Below are positions 50,702 through 62,727 of a DNA stretch of 64,000 nt, one piece after another. The notes beneath the pieces are model-generated. The model had not been told where the DNA came from and searched no databases. It saw only the letters and a list, made by a program, of their open reading frames with translations. Source of the DNA: Octopus sinensis. Its lineage: Eukaryota. The stretch covers positions 33,980-97,979 of the forward strand of contig NW_021833019.1 of the NCBI RefSeq assembly GCF_006345805.1, written 5' to 3'. The position numbers were made by a program, and so were the translations under genes. Position 1 is the stretch's first letter. Each line of letters begins with the position of its first letter.

Positions 50702-51830
50702 CTAGCAAAAAATACCCAATGTTGACCAGGTTAAAGAAAATAAAGAAATTTGCAAAAGACTTCTAGATTTCTAACTGACATGAAACATAGACTATGCAGG
50801 TCTCCCCTTCTAGTAGCTGAGGTACCAATTTCATATGTTAATACCCCGACATTTCCCAGGTAATTGAAAGTAATGATTTTTAACTATGCTTTCTAATCTC
50901 TAAGTAAAATGAAACATGGATTATGCAGTTCTCAACAGCTAATAAGCTGAGGTACCAACTGTATATGTCAATAATATGTTTTGTCTGATGTTCTCATTGT
51001 TAAAAGTGTTAAAAATGCAGGTAGTTCTTTGTTTTTGCAATCACCTTCAATTGTCAGTACTTATTTGAAACATATTGAACCTGAAAATGCATAAATTTGA
51101 GAACTGCCCTCCAGGTGCTCCTCTCCTGTTAATAAATACATTGAACAAAAATTCTATCAGATGATGTGAGTATAAACAAATGTATTGAAACAAATTTGGA
51201 TATCAATCACAGTTTAATAATCTAGATTCTAGAGCTTCTAAATACGCAGTGTTTTAAGTGTGTCCTTTTACTGGTGTATACATGAAAAGGTTTGGGGAAC
51301 GTCCAACTCATGAACATCCTACCTATAATTGCCCATGAGAGAAGCACAGTGAAGTCCAACAACCTTGAGAGACTCTCCTTGAGATTTGTTTATTGACAAA
51401 ATGAAACTTAGTTTCCCTGGGAACCAGAACCGTTTAAATTCAAAGGAGAGGTCATATGGGATTAACAGGATCCATGGAATGAAGACATCTTCACCCTTAT
51501 AGTTCCCAGTCATAATTGTTGCTGCTAGGAAATGGGGTTGCATCGCTTTCACCACCAGTCTGGTGCCATTGCACAGACAAAGTGGATCCAAATTCTTTGG
51601 CAGCATGATTGGTGTCCGCTCTTTAAGTGTTTAAGTGGTGAGGTGGCTTCTCAGATAGCTGTAGAGAGTTCAGGAACTCAGTTGGAAAACTACAGCCTGA
51701 CCTGGATCAATGACGGTGTTGAGGGATTTGAAAGACTGTTCTTGCCTTGGCAAGGGCTGCAAGAAATTCCAGTTGATTTTGTTGACTGCATCATTATGTG
51801 GAGCTAAGATGGCTCACTCACAGAGCCGTT
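50702..51830 (-). mobile_element. Helitron 3' fragment with Pif1-like helicase C-terminus
   Basis: LCNGTRLVVK..GEDVFIPWILLIP..SINKSQGESL; minus-strand degenerate hairpin plus CTAG at 50705-50702. Confidence 0.85.
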
Positions 51831-52737
51831 GACTGTTGCTAAAGATTTATGAATTATGAGATCATTGACCATCTCACCAGCAGTGTGGCCGTCCAGAGAG
51901 GGCACACACAAATATATGTCTTATAAAACAAATCTGTTGACATATGAAAGGCAAAGTTGACCTTGGCGGAATTTGAACTCAGAACATAGCAACAGAGGAA
52001 GTACCGCTAAGTATCTCACATGGCATGCTAGCAATTCTGTCAGCTTGATAATTAATGATGATGATGACAGTAGTAGTGGTGGTGGTGGTGGTGGTGGTTG
52101 CATTAGTAGTATTTGTAGTATAAGTATTAGTGACAGAACTTTTAGTTGTCATAGTGACAGTATAAAGTAGAAGTGGCAGTGGTTAGCAGTGATAGTAATC
52201 GTTGTGGTGGTAATAGTTATATATGAAACAGACCTGTTGACATTGGAGAATTTTTACAGAAATGAGCTTGAATGTACAAATACACAAACAGAAAGCTGGA
52301 GAAGAATATAAAAGATGAAAGTACCCTTAGAAATTAATATTTATCAGAAACCATCACAAATGTAATGATGCATACATATGTGTGTGTGTGTGTGTATTTG
52401 TAAATAGCTGGCTACTTAGTTACTATGTCAGAATACCAGACACAGGAAGTTGACATTGACCAAACGGTTCGAAGAAGTAAATCTTTATTATATATATAAA
52501 GCAATAATATTATTTATTTTTAATAAAAAAATAAATCAAAGCCGTATTATTATTTTCAAGGACAAATTATTCATGTAACCCAAATATGCTACAGATTGAT
52601 CCAGAGGTTTAACTGTGCAGAGAGGGCACACACAAGGACAATGTATTTTATGTATATATATAATCATATATATATATATACATATATATATATATTATAT
52701 ATATATATAATCATATATATATATATATATATATATA

Positions 52738-52937
52738 CTGTGCAGGTGGCACGTAAAAAGCACCCACTACACTCACGGAGTGGTTGGCGTTAGGAAGGGC
52801 ATCCAGCTGTAGAAACATTGCCAAATTAGACTGGAGCCTGGTGCAGCCTTCTGGCTTCCCAGAACCCCGGTCGAACCGTCCAACCCATGCTAGCATGGAG
52901 AACGGACGTTAAACGACGATGATGATGATGATGATGA
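52738..52937 (+). mobile_element. Short 5'-truncated RTE 3' end (~200 bp)
   Basis: ggcgttaggaagggcatccagctgtagaaac and (GAT)n tail, embedded in (TA)n. Confidence 0.9.
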
Positions 52938-52950
52938 TATATATATAATC

Positions 52951-52983
<33 letters not shown>

Positions 52984-53002
52984 ATATAATATATATATAT
53001 AT

Positions 53003-56000
53003 AATCATCATCATCATCATCATCGTTTAACGTCCGCTTTCCATGCTAGCATGGGTTGGACAGTTCAACTGGGGTCTGGCGAGCCCGAAGGCTGCCCCAG
53101 GCCAGTCAGATCTGGCAGTGTTTCTACAGCTGGATGCCCTTCCTAACGCCAACCACTCCGAGAGTGTAGTGGGTGATTTTATGTGCCACCGACACAGGTG
53201 CCAGACGAGGCTGGCAGACGGCCACGCTCGGATGGTGTTTTTTATGTGCCACCGACACAGATGCCAGACGAGGCTGGCAGACGGCCACGCTCGGATGGTG
53301 TTTTTTATGTGCCACCGACACAGGTGCCAGACGAGGATGGCGAACGGCCACGATCGGATGGTGTTTGTTACGTACCCACAGCACGGAGGCCAGTTGATGC
53401 GGTACTGGCTACGGCCACGTTTGGATGGTTTTCTTATGTGCCACCGGCACTGGTACCACAAAGATACAAATTCCATTGATGTACATCTATTTTGATTTGG
53501 TTTGATTTGATTTGATTTGATTTGATTTTCACTTGCCTCAACAGGTCTTCACAAGTGTCACAAGAAGGAAGGTATGCACAGGTGGACTGACTATGTCCCA
53601 GGTGGGGGCCATGGGTTATGGCTTCACTAGTCTTGCCGGGTTTTCTCACGCACAGCATACTTCCATAGGTTTCTAGTCATTTCCATGGTGAGACCTAACG
53701 TTCGAAGGTCGTGCTTCACCACTTCGTCCCAGGTTTTCCTGGGTCTACCTCTTCCACAGGTTCCCTCCACTGCTAGGGATTGGCACTTTCTCACACACCT
53801 ATCTTCATCCATTCTCGCCACATGACCATACCAGCGCAATCGTCTCTCTTGCACACCACAACTGATGCTTCTTAGGTACAACATTTTTCTCAAGGTACTA
53901 ACGCTCTGTCGAGTAAGTACACTGACATTACACATCCATCGGAGCATACTGGATTCATTCCTCATGAGCTTACGCATGTCCTCAGCAGTCACGGCCCATG
54001 TTTCACTGCCATGTAGCATGGCAGTTCGTACACATGCATCATACAGTCTACATTTTACTCTGAGCGAGAGGCCTTTAGTCACCAGCAGAGGTAAGAGCTC
54101 CCTAAACTTTGCCCAGGCTATTCTTATTCTAGCAGTTACACTTTCAGCGCACCCACCCCCACTACTGACTTGGTCACCTAGATAACGGAAGCTATCAACT
54201 ACTTCTAGTTTTTCCCCCTGGAAAGTGACGGAAGTTGTTTTCTGCAGATTTTCGGAGGTCAATGCTCCCGAGCATCTGCCACATACAAAAACTATCTTCC
54301 CAGTTAGCCTACCTTTGACATTGCTGCACCCCTTATGTGTCCATAGCTTACACTGGGTACGTCTTATAGAGTTTCTACCTACACCTTTTCTACAGATCGA
54401 GCAGGGCCATCTTCCTGAAGACATTTGTGGATTGTCTACCTTTCTACTTATTAGAACTTTGGTTTTAGCTAGGTTGACCCTAAGGCCCCTCGATTCTAAA
54501 CCCTCCTTCCACACCTGGAACTTCTCCTCCAGTTCTGATAGTGACTCAGCAATTAGAGCAAGGTCGTCAGCATAGAGGAGATCCCAGGGGCATCCTGTCT
54601 TGAATTCCTCCACAATTGCCTGGAGGATTATGATAAATAGGAGGGGGCTGAGTACTGAACCCTGATGGACCCCAACCTCTACTTTGAATTATTCTGTGTA
54701 CATGTTGCCAACCCTAACCTTACTTACGGCATCTCTGTACATGGCTTGCACAGCCCTCACCAGCCATTCATTTATCCCTAGTTTCCTCATTGACCACCAG
54801 ATAAGGGATCAGGGGACCCTATCAAAGGCTTTCTCCATGTCAACGAAAGCCAGGTACAGTGGCTTATCTTTGGCTAGGTATTTCTCCTGCAGCTGCCTTA
54901 CCAGGAATATAGCATCAGTGGTGCTTTTCCCTGGCACGAACCCAAACTGCATCTCATCTAAACTAACTCTCTCTCTAATTAGTTGGGCTATGACCCTCTC
55001 CGTAACCTTCATTACCTGATCCAACAACTTGATACCTCTGTAATTATTTGTATCTAGGGCATCACCTTTACCTTTGTAGCTGTTGACTAGTATGCAGCTA
55101 CACCAGTCATTGGGTATGACTCCTTCGTGTATCACCTGGTTGACTATACGGGTGACTAGGTTATAGCTGACACTGCCAGATATTTTGAGCATCTCTGCAG
55201 TAATTCCTGATGGGCCTGGGGCTTTCCCTGTCTTCATGCTTCTAATTGCCTTAGCTACCACGGAACTATCAACTCGGATAGCTGGTCCCTCTGTTGGGTC
55301 AACATTCGGCAGACACTCTTTATCCCATTCATTTTCTTTATTCAGCAACCTTTCATAGTGGCATCTCCAAACCTCTCTCTTTGCATCCTCATTTAGTGCA
55401 AGTGAACCATCATCCATGCGAACACACTTCTCTCCTACCACATCACGATTCTCTCTCACACACTGTCTTGCAACACGAAATACCTCAAGTCTTTCATCCT
55501 CACAGCTCAGAACATTGGCAAATTTTTTCTTATCCGCTTCCCCTCTGGCTAAATAAACCTGTCTCCTAGCTTCCCTTCTGGCTGTCTGATACAATTCCCT
55601 GCTACCACCGTTCTTCCAGTCCTTCCAAGCCTGTCTCTTTTGTCTAATAGCCCTGTCAACCACAGTGTTCCACCACCATGTTACTCTGGGTCGAGATGGT
55701 ACTTTGCTCCATCCACAGATCTGGTCAGTGGCTGTCAGCAGATTGTCCCGTAGAAATCTCCAGTTGTCTTCCCCATTAAGTGAAGCTATATCCCCTTCTA
55801 TTTCGTCAAAGGCTTCGAGTAGTATGTCTCTAAATCTCTGTCCATTTGCAAGATCTTTAAGCTTCCAGACCCTTCTCCTCCAAGCTGGTCTTCTTCTGGG
55901 CAACCATTTAGCTCTGATCCTGAAGTCGCTAACTACTAATCTATGTTGAGGAGTACATTCTTCGCCTGGAAAGGTTTTGGCATTTATAATCAGCCCTCTT

Positions 56001-56905
56001 TCCCTTTTTCTGGCAAGGATGTAGTCAATCTGACTGGTGTGTCTGCCAGAACGGTAGGTGACTAGGTGAGAGGTGGGTTTCCTGAAGTTGGTATTGCAGA
56101 CCATAAGGTCATTTGCATCGCAGAACTCCAGCAGCCTGGTTCCCTCCTCATTACGAGAGCCAAAACCGTAGCCTCCATGGACGCCATGGAAGCCCCCGAC
56201 ATGCCGTCCGACATGTCCATTGAAATCACCTGCCACGAAGAGAAGGTCACTGTCATTTGTCAACGAGGTAGTCCGCAATAGGGTGTCATAGAATTGGTCT
56301 TTTTGTCCTTCCGGTAGCCCTGGTTGAGGGGCATATGCCGAGATGATGGTAGCTGTCCTATGGTGAAGGACTAATCTAATTTTAATTACTCTGTCACTTA
56401 CTCTGACTACCTCGATTACCTTATCTACCCATTTCTCCGCAAGAAGTATACCCACGCCCCCGACCCCGTCAGTGTTCCCTGCCCAGAAAATCTTGTACCT
56501 GTGTTCCTTGCCTGTGAGGAGCCTAGCGGAACCTCCTCTCCACCTTACTTCCTGGATGCAGCATACATCCACACGTCTCTGTTCAAGCAGCTCTACAATC
56601 TCTCCAGACCTACCTTTCAATGTGCCAACATTGAGTGTGCCAACTCTGAGGGTGTGGGAGGTGTGGGCTTCTGAGACCCTGGGATGAGGGACAGCCGTGT
56701 CATGTACCTGAAAAGAAAGCTTGCATTTGGCAGATTTCATATGGAAACACTAGACTACAACCTGCATACATTTCACAATTTTTTGCGCTATATGATCAGA
56801 TAAACCCTACATAGTGGTGCGAGTGGGGGTGGGGGGTAGTTAAGTAAGACAGGGGTAGAAACTTCCGGTATTGGTGGTGGGAGGGCGGGCGCGAACATCG
56901 AAGCA
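53003..56905 (-). mobile_element. Near full-length RTE LINE
   Basis: C-rich 5' UTR, single EN-RT reading frame, 3' UTR with 63-bp minisatellite, (GAT)n tail. Confidence 0.96.
53627..56740 (-). pseudogene. RTE ORF (AP endonuclease plus reverse transcriptase), one frame with two premature stops
   Basis: ORFs 54809-56740 and 53627-54613 are in the same frame; stops TGA 54811-54809 and TAA 54691-54689; motifs CCIQEVRW, AGDFNGH, SQIDY, KAFDRV, LLYADDL. Confidence 0.95.
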
Positions 56906-57349
56906 ACTAGTTTGAATATAATTCGTAAGGAATTTTCTCTGCAATAAAATTACTGAATTTGAGGGGAAAAATAATTAGATAAATGAATGAAAACCAGAGA
57001 GAGAATGAAAAAATAAATAATAAATATGATATGATATGATATGATATGATATGATACGAGGGAGCATATTTTGAAGGAAAATGGAATAAACAACGAAGAT
57101 GGCGCTGAAAGTAAAGGTAAAGGTGGAGTTTAAAAATGCATGAAGACGCCATGTTTAGAGATAAATAGAGAAACGAAAGGGGAGCAGATCAAGGTATCCA
57201 AACAAACGCTTAAAAATATGAAAGTAACAGGTTGAAAGTTAAGGTCTTAGCTGGCCATTTTTGAAAATCCGTGTTTTCTCTGGAGGTGTAGCGAGTAATG
57301 AGGAGGGGATACAATCGTCCACTGGCTTATAAGGAATTCCTTATAAGGA

Positions 57350-57419
<70 letters not shown>

Positions 57420-57439
57420 ATATAAATGTATGTATGATA

Positions 57440-58430
57440 ACAAAGCTGGATCAACTCATTAGTATACTTCTGATGGGTGACTTCAACTTTCCACCATCAG
57501 AGAGCTGGAAGACAATATAATCTCAGGAATGGCATGCAAATAGCATAATCAAGCAGAAACTCTACTTGACTCCAGAAAAGTGCTGTTCATGGGGCAAACA
57601 ATATTCTCTCCAACCAAGAATGATAACGTAGGCCTCTGTTCCATCAACAATGTAGGTCTTATCTACAATGTGAAGATATCACCAACAATCTTCCCAGACC
57701 ACAACAGAACTGACAATGTACAATCCAAAACCAATTACCGATGTATTTCACATAGATGGTACCCAAATTCTATCCAGTCTGAACTTCTACAAGGCTGACT
57801 GGAAGTCAATTGAAAAATGGATTATCCAGCAAAATTGGCTTCAAAGTTACTCTATGCAAAACATTGGTATGACACTTAAAGAATACATGTCAATAATGCA
57901 AGCTATGTACGTTAAATTTGTCCCAGGGAAGACAGCGACAACATTCAAAAACATTATTTTTGGAAACAGGAGAGTTCTTTTGAGATGTAAAATCAAGATC
58001 TCCAATCACTTACATAAACAACTTGATGACAGCAAGAAATCTCTCTTCAAAGGAAGACTTTTACAGATAAAAAAATAAACTCAGACTCTCCCATAGAAAT
58101 AGAAACCAGGCTGCTGGAAAATATAAAAATAAATCTTAAAGCCTTCAACAAGTTCACAAAGTGTTTGCCTCGGTGCACAAGAGAGGGCCACTGTTTGAAG
58201 AAGAAGGCTCACTAACTGCAGATCTCAAGAGGATAAATGAAGTACTAAATAAGCACTTCTCCAATGGAAAACATGCAAAGAAGCATTGTAGACCTACATG
58301 GAAAATGACAGCCATGATTATATCAATATCAAAGATATAACATCAGCCATAGATGGATTACCGACAGTTCTCCTAAAATCAGTTCTCCTAAAATCATGCA
58401 AGCTCTTGCAAAATCACTGTGGATACTTTT
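57440..58430 (+). mobile_element. CR1/L2-like LINE EN/linker fragment
   Basis: ILLMGDFNFP (57460-57495) and LNFYKADWKSI remnants. Confidence 0.65.
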
Positions 58431-58538
58431 TCAGAGTTGTCCCTTTTTGTATCACCTAACTGGATGTTTTGCATTCTTGTCCCTTTTTTGCATTTTTCAT
58501 ATATAAAAAGATATAGCAGCGTACGTACACATTGGTCT

Positions 58539-58598
<60 letters not shown>

Positions 58599-58673
58599 AA
58601 ATGTGACCGCGTGTGTACCGTTGCCGATTTTTTTTCCTCCATCGTCCCTTCTTTGGATCTTTCCTTTTCCTAT

Positions 58674-58708
58674 GTTTCTGACGAAGAGCTCCACTCGAAA
58701 CGTTAAAC
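58674..58708 (+). ncRNA. Minimal hammerhead-like motif in a probable PLE terminal repeat (~58598-58760)
   Basis: GTTT-CTGACGA-A-GAG(CTCCA)CTC-GAA-ACGT-T-AAAC: core, 3-bp stem II, palindromic stem III, 4-bp stem I; one extra A in the core. Confidence 0.55.
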
Positions 58709-59049
58709 CCTCCTTCTTTCCTTCCTTCCTGAGTGTCCAATAATACTATATTTGTTCTACTATATTTGTTCTAATTTATATTATGATTTTTATAATTGTA
58801 TTCTTATCTTATATGTATTGAATTATAATGTATATATGTATGCTATTAAGGTTCTCATTTTTGTTAAATGAATAAATAAGTCAACATTCTAATATCTGAA
58901 AGCTGATGAACCAACTAAATTGTTTCTCCATTTGTATTATAAATATATACATATATAATTAATAATATCAGGGCAATATAGGTTTTAGAAATTTTTACTA
59001 CCAGTGGCCTAGCGTATAGAAAAATTAGTCAATAGACTATATATTATTC

Positions 59050-59402
59050 ATATAAAATACAGTATACATTTAAACACGTTAAGAGGTTTCCATCATAACA
59101 GTTCCTTACGCTAGAAAGAACAGCTAAAGTCCAAACCACTAATTAGGGATAAATTCTCAAAGGGAATGAAAAATAAAAACATTTACCATCTATTTCCTGG
59201 ACCATGGTTTCTGACTTATTTTAGCAAATAAAATAATTTGCTAGGTGAAGTCCAGGAAATAGATGATAAATGTTTTTATTTTTCATTCCCTTCAAGAATT
59301 TATCCCTAATTAGTGGTTTGGACTTTAGCTGTTCTTTCTAGCATAAGGGATTCCTGTGATGGAAAACTCTTAATGTGTTTAAATGTACACTGTATTTTAT
59401 AT
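59050..59402. repeat. 153-bp inverted repeat with 47-bp spacer
   Basis: Arms 59050-59202 and 59250-59402 are reverse complements, about 12 mismatches, no indels. Confidence 0.95.
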
Positions 59403-60469
59403 ACATACATATATATATATAAATATATATATACTAGCAAAGCACCTTGTCATTGTCTAGGTGTTATGACCTACAGCCACACTGTATTATTTGTATCTTT
59501 TTTTACGGCCAGAATCAGCAGATGAGGAGTATGAAGCAAAAAACTCTTCTTTATAAACATGTTTATCATAATTTTCTGATGAACAATGCTGCAGTTTCTG
59601 TCAACCAAATTCAGTCATAAGTCTATGGTTGGCCTTGGGCTATAGTACAAATCACTTGCTCAAGGTACCATGAAGAGGGATTGAATGTGGAACCATGTGG
59701 TTGAGAAGCAAACTTCTCAACCACAGTCATTCTTGCACCTAATATGTGTGTATGTGCGTGAGTTTACATTTGTTGTTAAATCAAGTACTGTGTCCCACTA
59801 TCTCTCAAAATTAGCAGTTCATCAAGCAGAGTTCTATAAAATAAATGCCAGATTGAAATACATACTGAGGTCAGTATGATCAATTAAATTTTTAAAGGTT
59901 ATACCCAATCATGACTAAACCCAATAAAATAGTGTTTTAAGACTAAATGGTTTCAAATTTAAGGCAATAGATTATTACCACAAGATAATGAGTTCAAAAT
60001 TTCACATTGAACTTCCACTCCATACGATAATAGTATATGCACATCTCAGTCTACTTGACTTCCAACAATTAACAATTGTAATTTGAAGTTGAATGGCTAG
60101 CAGTCAGAAAGATGTCCAGATTTCTTTAAAAATTATGGTGCAAAATATTCCAAGAAAAAGTACTTTTTTCACCACAACACAACACACACATACACACACG
60201 CAGTGGTGTGTTTGTGTTAACTTGAGCTACTACAAATAGCAGCCAAATCTCTCTTAAAACACACCCTTTCATCAAAAGTAAGTCACAGATTTACAATATT
60301 TCTGGAAGAAAAAAAAAATCTATGCAATGGGTCTGCTACATCATAGGCAACTCTGGGCTAAACAAAACATAGACAAGCATTCTTCACATTAAAAGGTTAT
60401 ATACTAAATAATACTAATAAGTTGATGGTACACCTTCAAAGTTTCATTCCCTGGTAAAACTCCATGTAT

Positions 60470-60875
60470 CTCTTTTACTCTTTTACTTGTTTCAGTCAGT
60501 TGACTGTGGCCATGCTGGAGCACCACCTTTAGTCAAGCAAATCGATCCAAGGACTTATTCTTTGTAAGCCCAGTACTTATTCTATCAGTCTCTTTTGCCG
60601 TACCACTAAGTTACGGTGATGTAAACACATCAGCATCGGTTGTCAAACGATGTTGGGAAGACAAACACAGACACACAAACATATATACACACATATATAT
60701 ATATACATATAGACGATGGGCTTCTTTCAGTTTCCATCTACCAAATCCATTCACAAGGCTTTGGTCGACCTGAGGCTATACTAGAAGACACTTGCCCAAG
60801 GTGTCATGCAGTGGGACTGAACCCAGAACCATGTGGTTGGTAAACAAACTACCTATCACATAGCCACTCTTACGC
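60470..60875 (-). mobile_element. SINE family 2 copy
   Basis: Collinear with 34245-34658. Confidence 0.85.
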
Positions 60876-61139
60876 CTATGTATGTTAAACATTTTTTCAT
60901 TATGCTCTAAAACATAGATTGTTCAGGCAGAGATGCCTCCTTTAGCTAAAGACCTCAAAATTGTGTGACCCGACCTCATTTTCAATGTTGTCTTTGTAGT
61001 AAGGAAGAGTTGTTGCGCAAAAAATACTTTATTTGGTAACCGAAATATTACTGAATCTTTTGATACCTCATACATCAACATCAGCAGCTCAGTTTTTGAA
61101 TGCATAAGGAACATACACACACACTCTTTTTTATATATT

Positions 61140-61200
61140 AAGATACATATATATACAAATACATACATACATGCATACATACATATATACATAAATATAT

Positions 61201-61287
<87 letters not shown>

Positions 61288-61330
61288 TATATATAATATA
61301 TATATATATAATGTACTGTCCCATATTATA
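61140..61330. repeat. (TA)n-rich microsatellite
   Basis: Directly visible. Confidence 0.97.
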
Positions 61331-61849
61331 TATAACGATAGAAAATGCAACACTAAAAGTACTCCATTTGGTGAGAGATAAATATTATTTATGTAAAGAG
61401 CACAATACATGTATTTAAGTGCTAGTAATAGTTTCATATGTTGAGAAATATTCAAACATATTCTTCAGGTGCAAACCACATATCATATCAAACTAAAAAA
61501 ATTGAAAACTGAAGAAACATGAAAAAACTGAGAAAGCAGCTTATAGTACCTACTTGTTACCTTATGCCACCAAAAACATATCAAACCAAATATACCATTT
61601 AACTTTGCTACAACTTCATTCTATTGTTTCCAATCTTGAAATGCAGAATAAAAAGGTCCAAGAATTAAAACAGGCATTAATTGAAAGACTAAGATAACAG
61701 AGAATAGAGTAGAACATGCCAAAGTAATAGACATTGAAGAATTATGAAAGGCTAAAAACAGTTCAGATACATCCAAAATTCTACCTTTTATTACAATTAT
61801 TACAACACACACCACAAGAAACACTGAGACATTTAGTGCTACCTATCAG

Positions 61850-62427
61850 AACGTACCATTATTGAGCCAAGACCCAAGAATGCAAATGACACATGAATCA
61901 TAAAAATTAATAGCAAAAGACAACCAAATTCCCCCACAAAAAAGGCAAAAAACTGTTTACCAGTTCAAAATTACTTCCTATAAACAGTTGAAAAGTGTGG
62001 TTCTAAATTCATAATTTGTACTAAACTTACTGAAGATACATAACAAATTTAAATCAGCATATCTTTTTATTGTGAAAACAACTTCATTTGTTCATCAAAT
62101 AATTTAACACATGTCATCAAATGTAATATATGCAGTGAAGTTTACATTGGAAAGACCAAACTGACTGAAAATGAGATCAATGATACACTAAGTTTAATAA
62201 TAGAAATTTCAGATCCCAGGACTAGATACATCTCAAACAGTGAACAGTTGGACATACATGCAACAACGAGATCCCTCAAATCGCTAGTCTTTCCACTTCA
62301 GCACTGTGCAGGTGATACCACAAAACAAGCACAAATAAGTAAAGAAAATTCATTTATTAAAAAATTCAAACCATGGTTGAGTAGGCTACAAAAACATCAA
62401 AAATATACAATTTGCCACTCACTGTGA
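61850..62427 (+). pseudogene. Penelope-like element 3' end with GIY-YIG endonuclease remnant
   Basis: Stop-free frame 62053-62427 encodes FICSSNNLTHVIKCNICSEVYIGKT..KENSFIKKFKPWLS; upstream SKRQP-like remnant. Confidence 0.75.
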
Positions 62428-62727
62428 ATGCTTTTCATTGCTATATGAAGATTCCTGCTGATGAAAGTGAATATGGTCTTGTTTCTGTTTGGGAATATTA
62501 GTAGGGACATTACTGATGCTGGGAACAATTAGTATTGAAGCCAACATTACAAAGTCATCAATATCCACTTCAACTTCCAATGAATTTATTGTATTTACTT
62601 TTTTTATAGTTCTCTATCATCATTCAAATATTTTTCTTAAACATTACTTCATTTAAAACAAACTTCACCTCCTTATAACTTCTGCCTCTCTTTTTAGGCA
62701 AGTTAAGCTACTGTCTTATTATAAGAA

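Noticed and set aside
53181-53460. Regularly spaced repeats resembling a CRISPR array
   Set aside because: Contiguous tandem units without unique spacers, inside a LINE 3' UTR, no cas genes, eukaryotic context
56741-56910. HDV-like ribozyme in the RTE 5' UTR
   Set aside because: No nested double-pseudoknot pairing could be found by eye; a covariance-model search would be needed
52990-56925. TSD for the long RTE (atataat on both sides)
   Set aside because: Too short and AT-rich to distinguish from chance next to a TA microsatellite
57326-57347. 22-bp perfect palindrome cttataaggaattccttataag
   Set aside because: Isolated, AT-rich and without context; likely a local slippage or repair product
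59050-59402. Hammerhead in the second foldback
   Set aside because: No CUGANGA core on either strand of the arms
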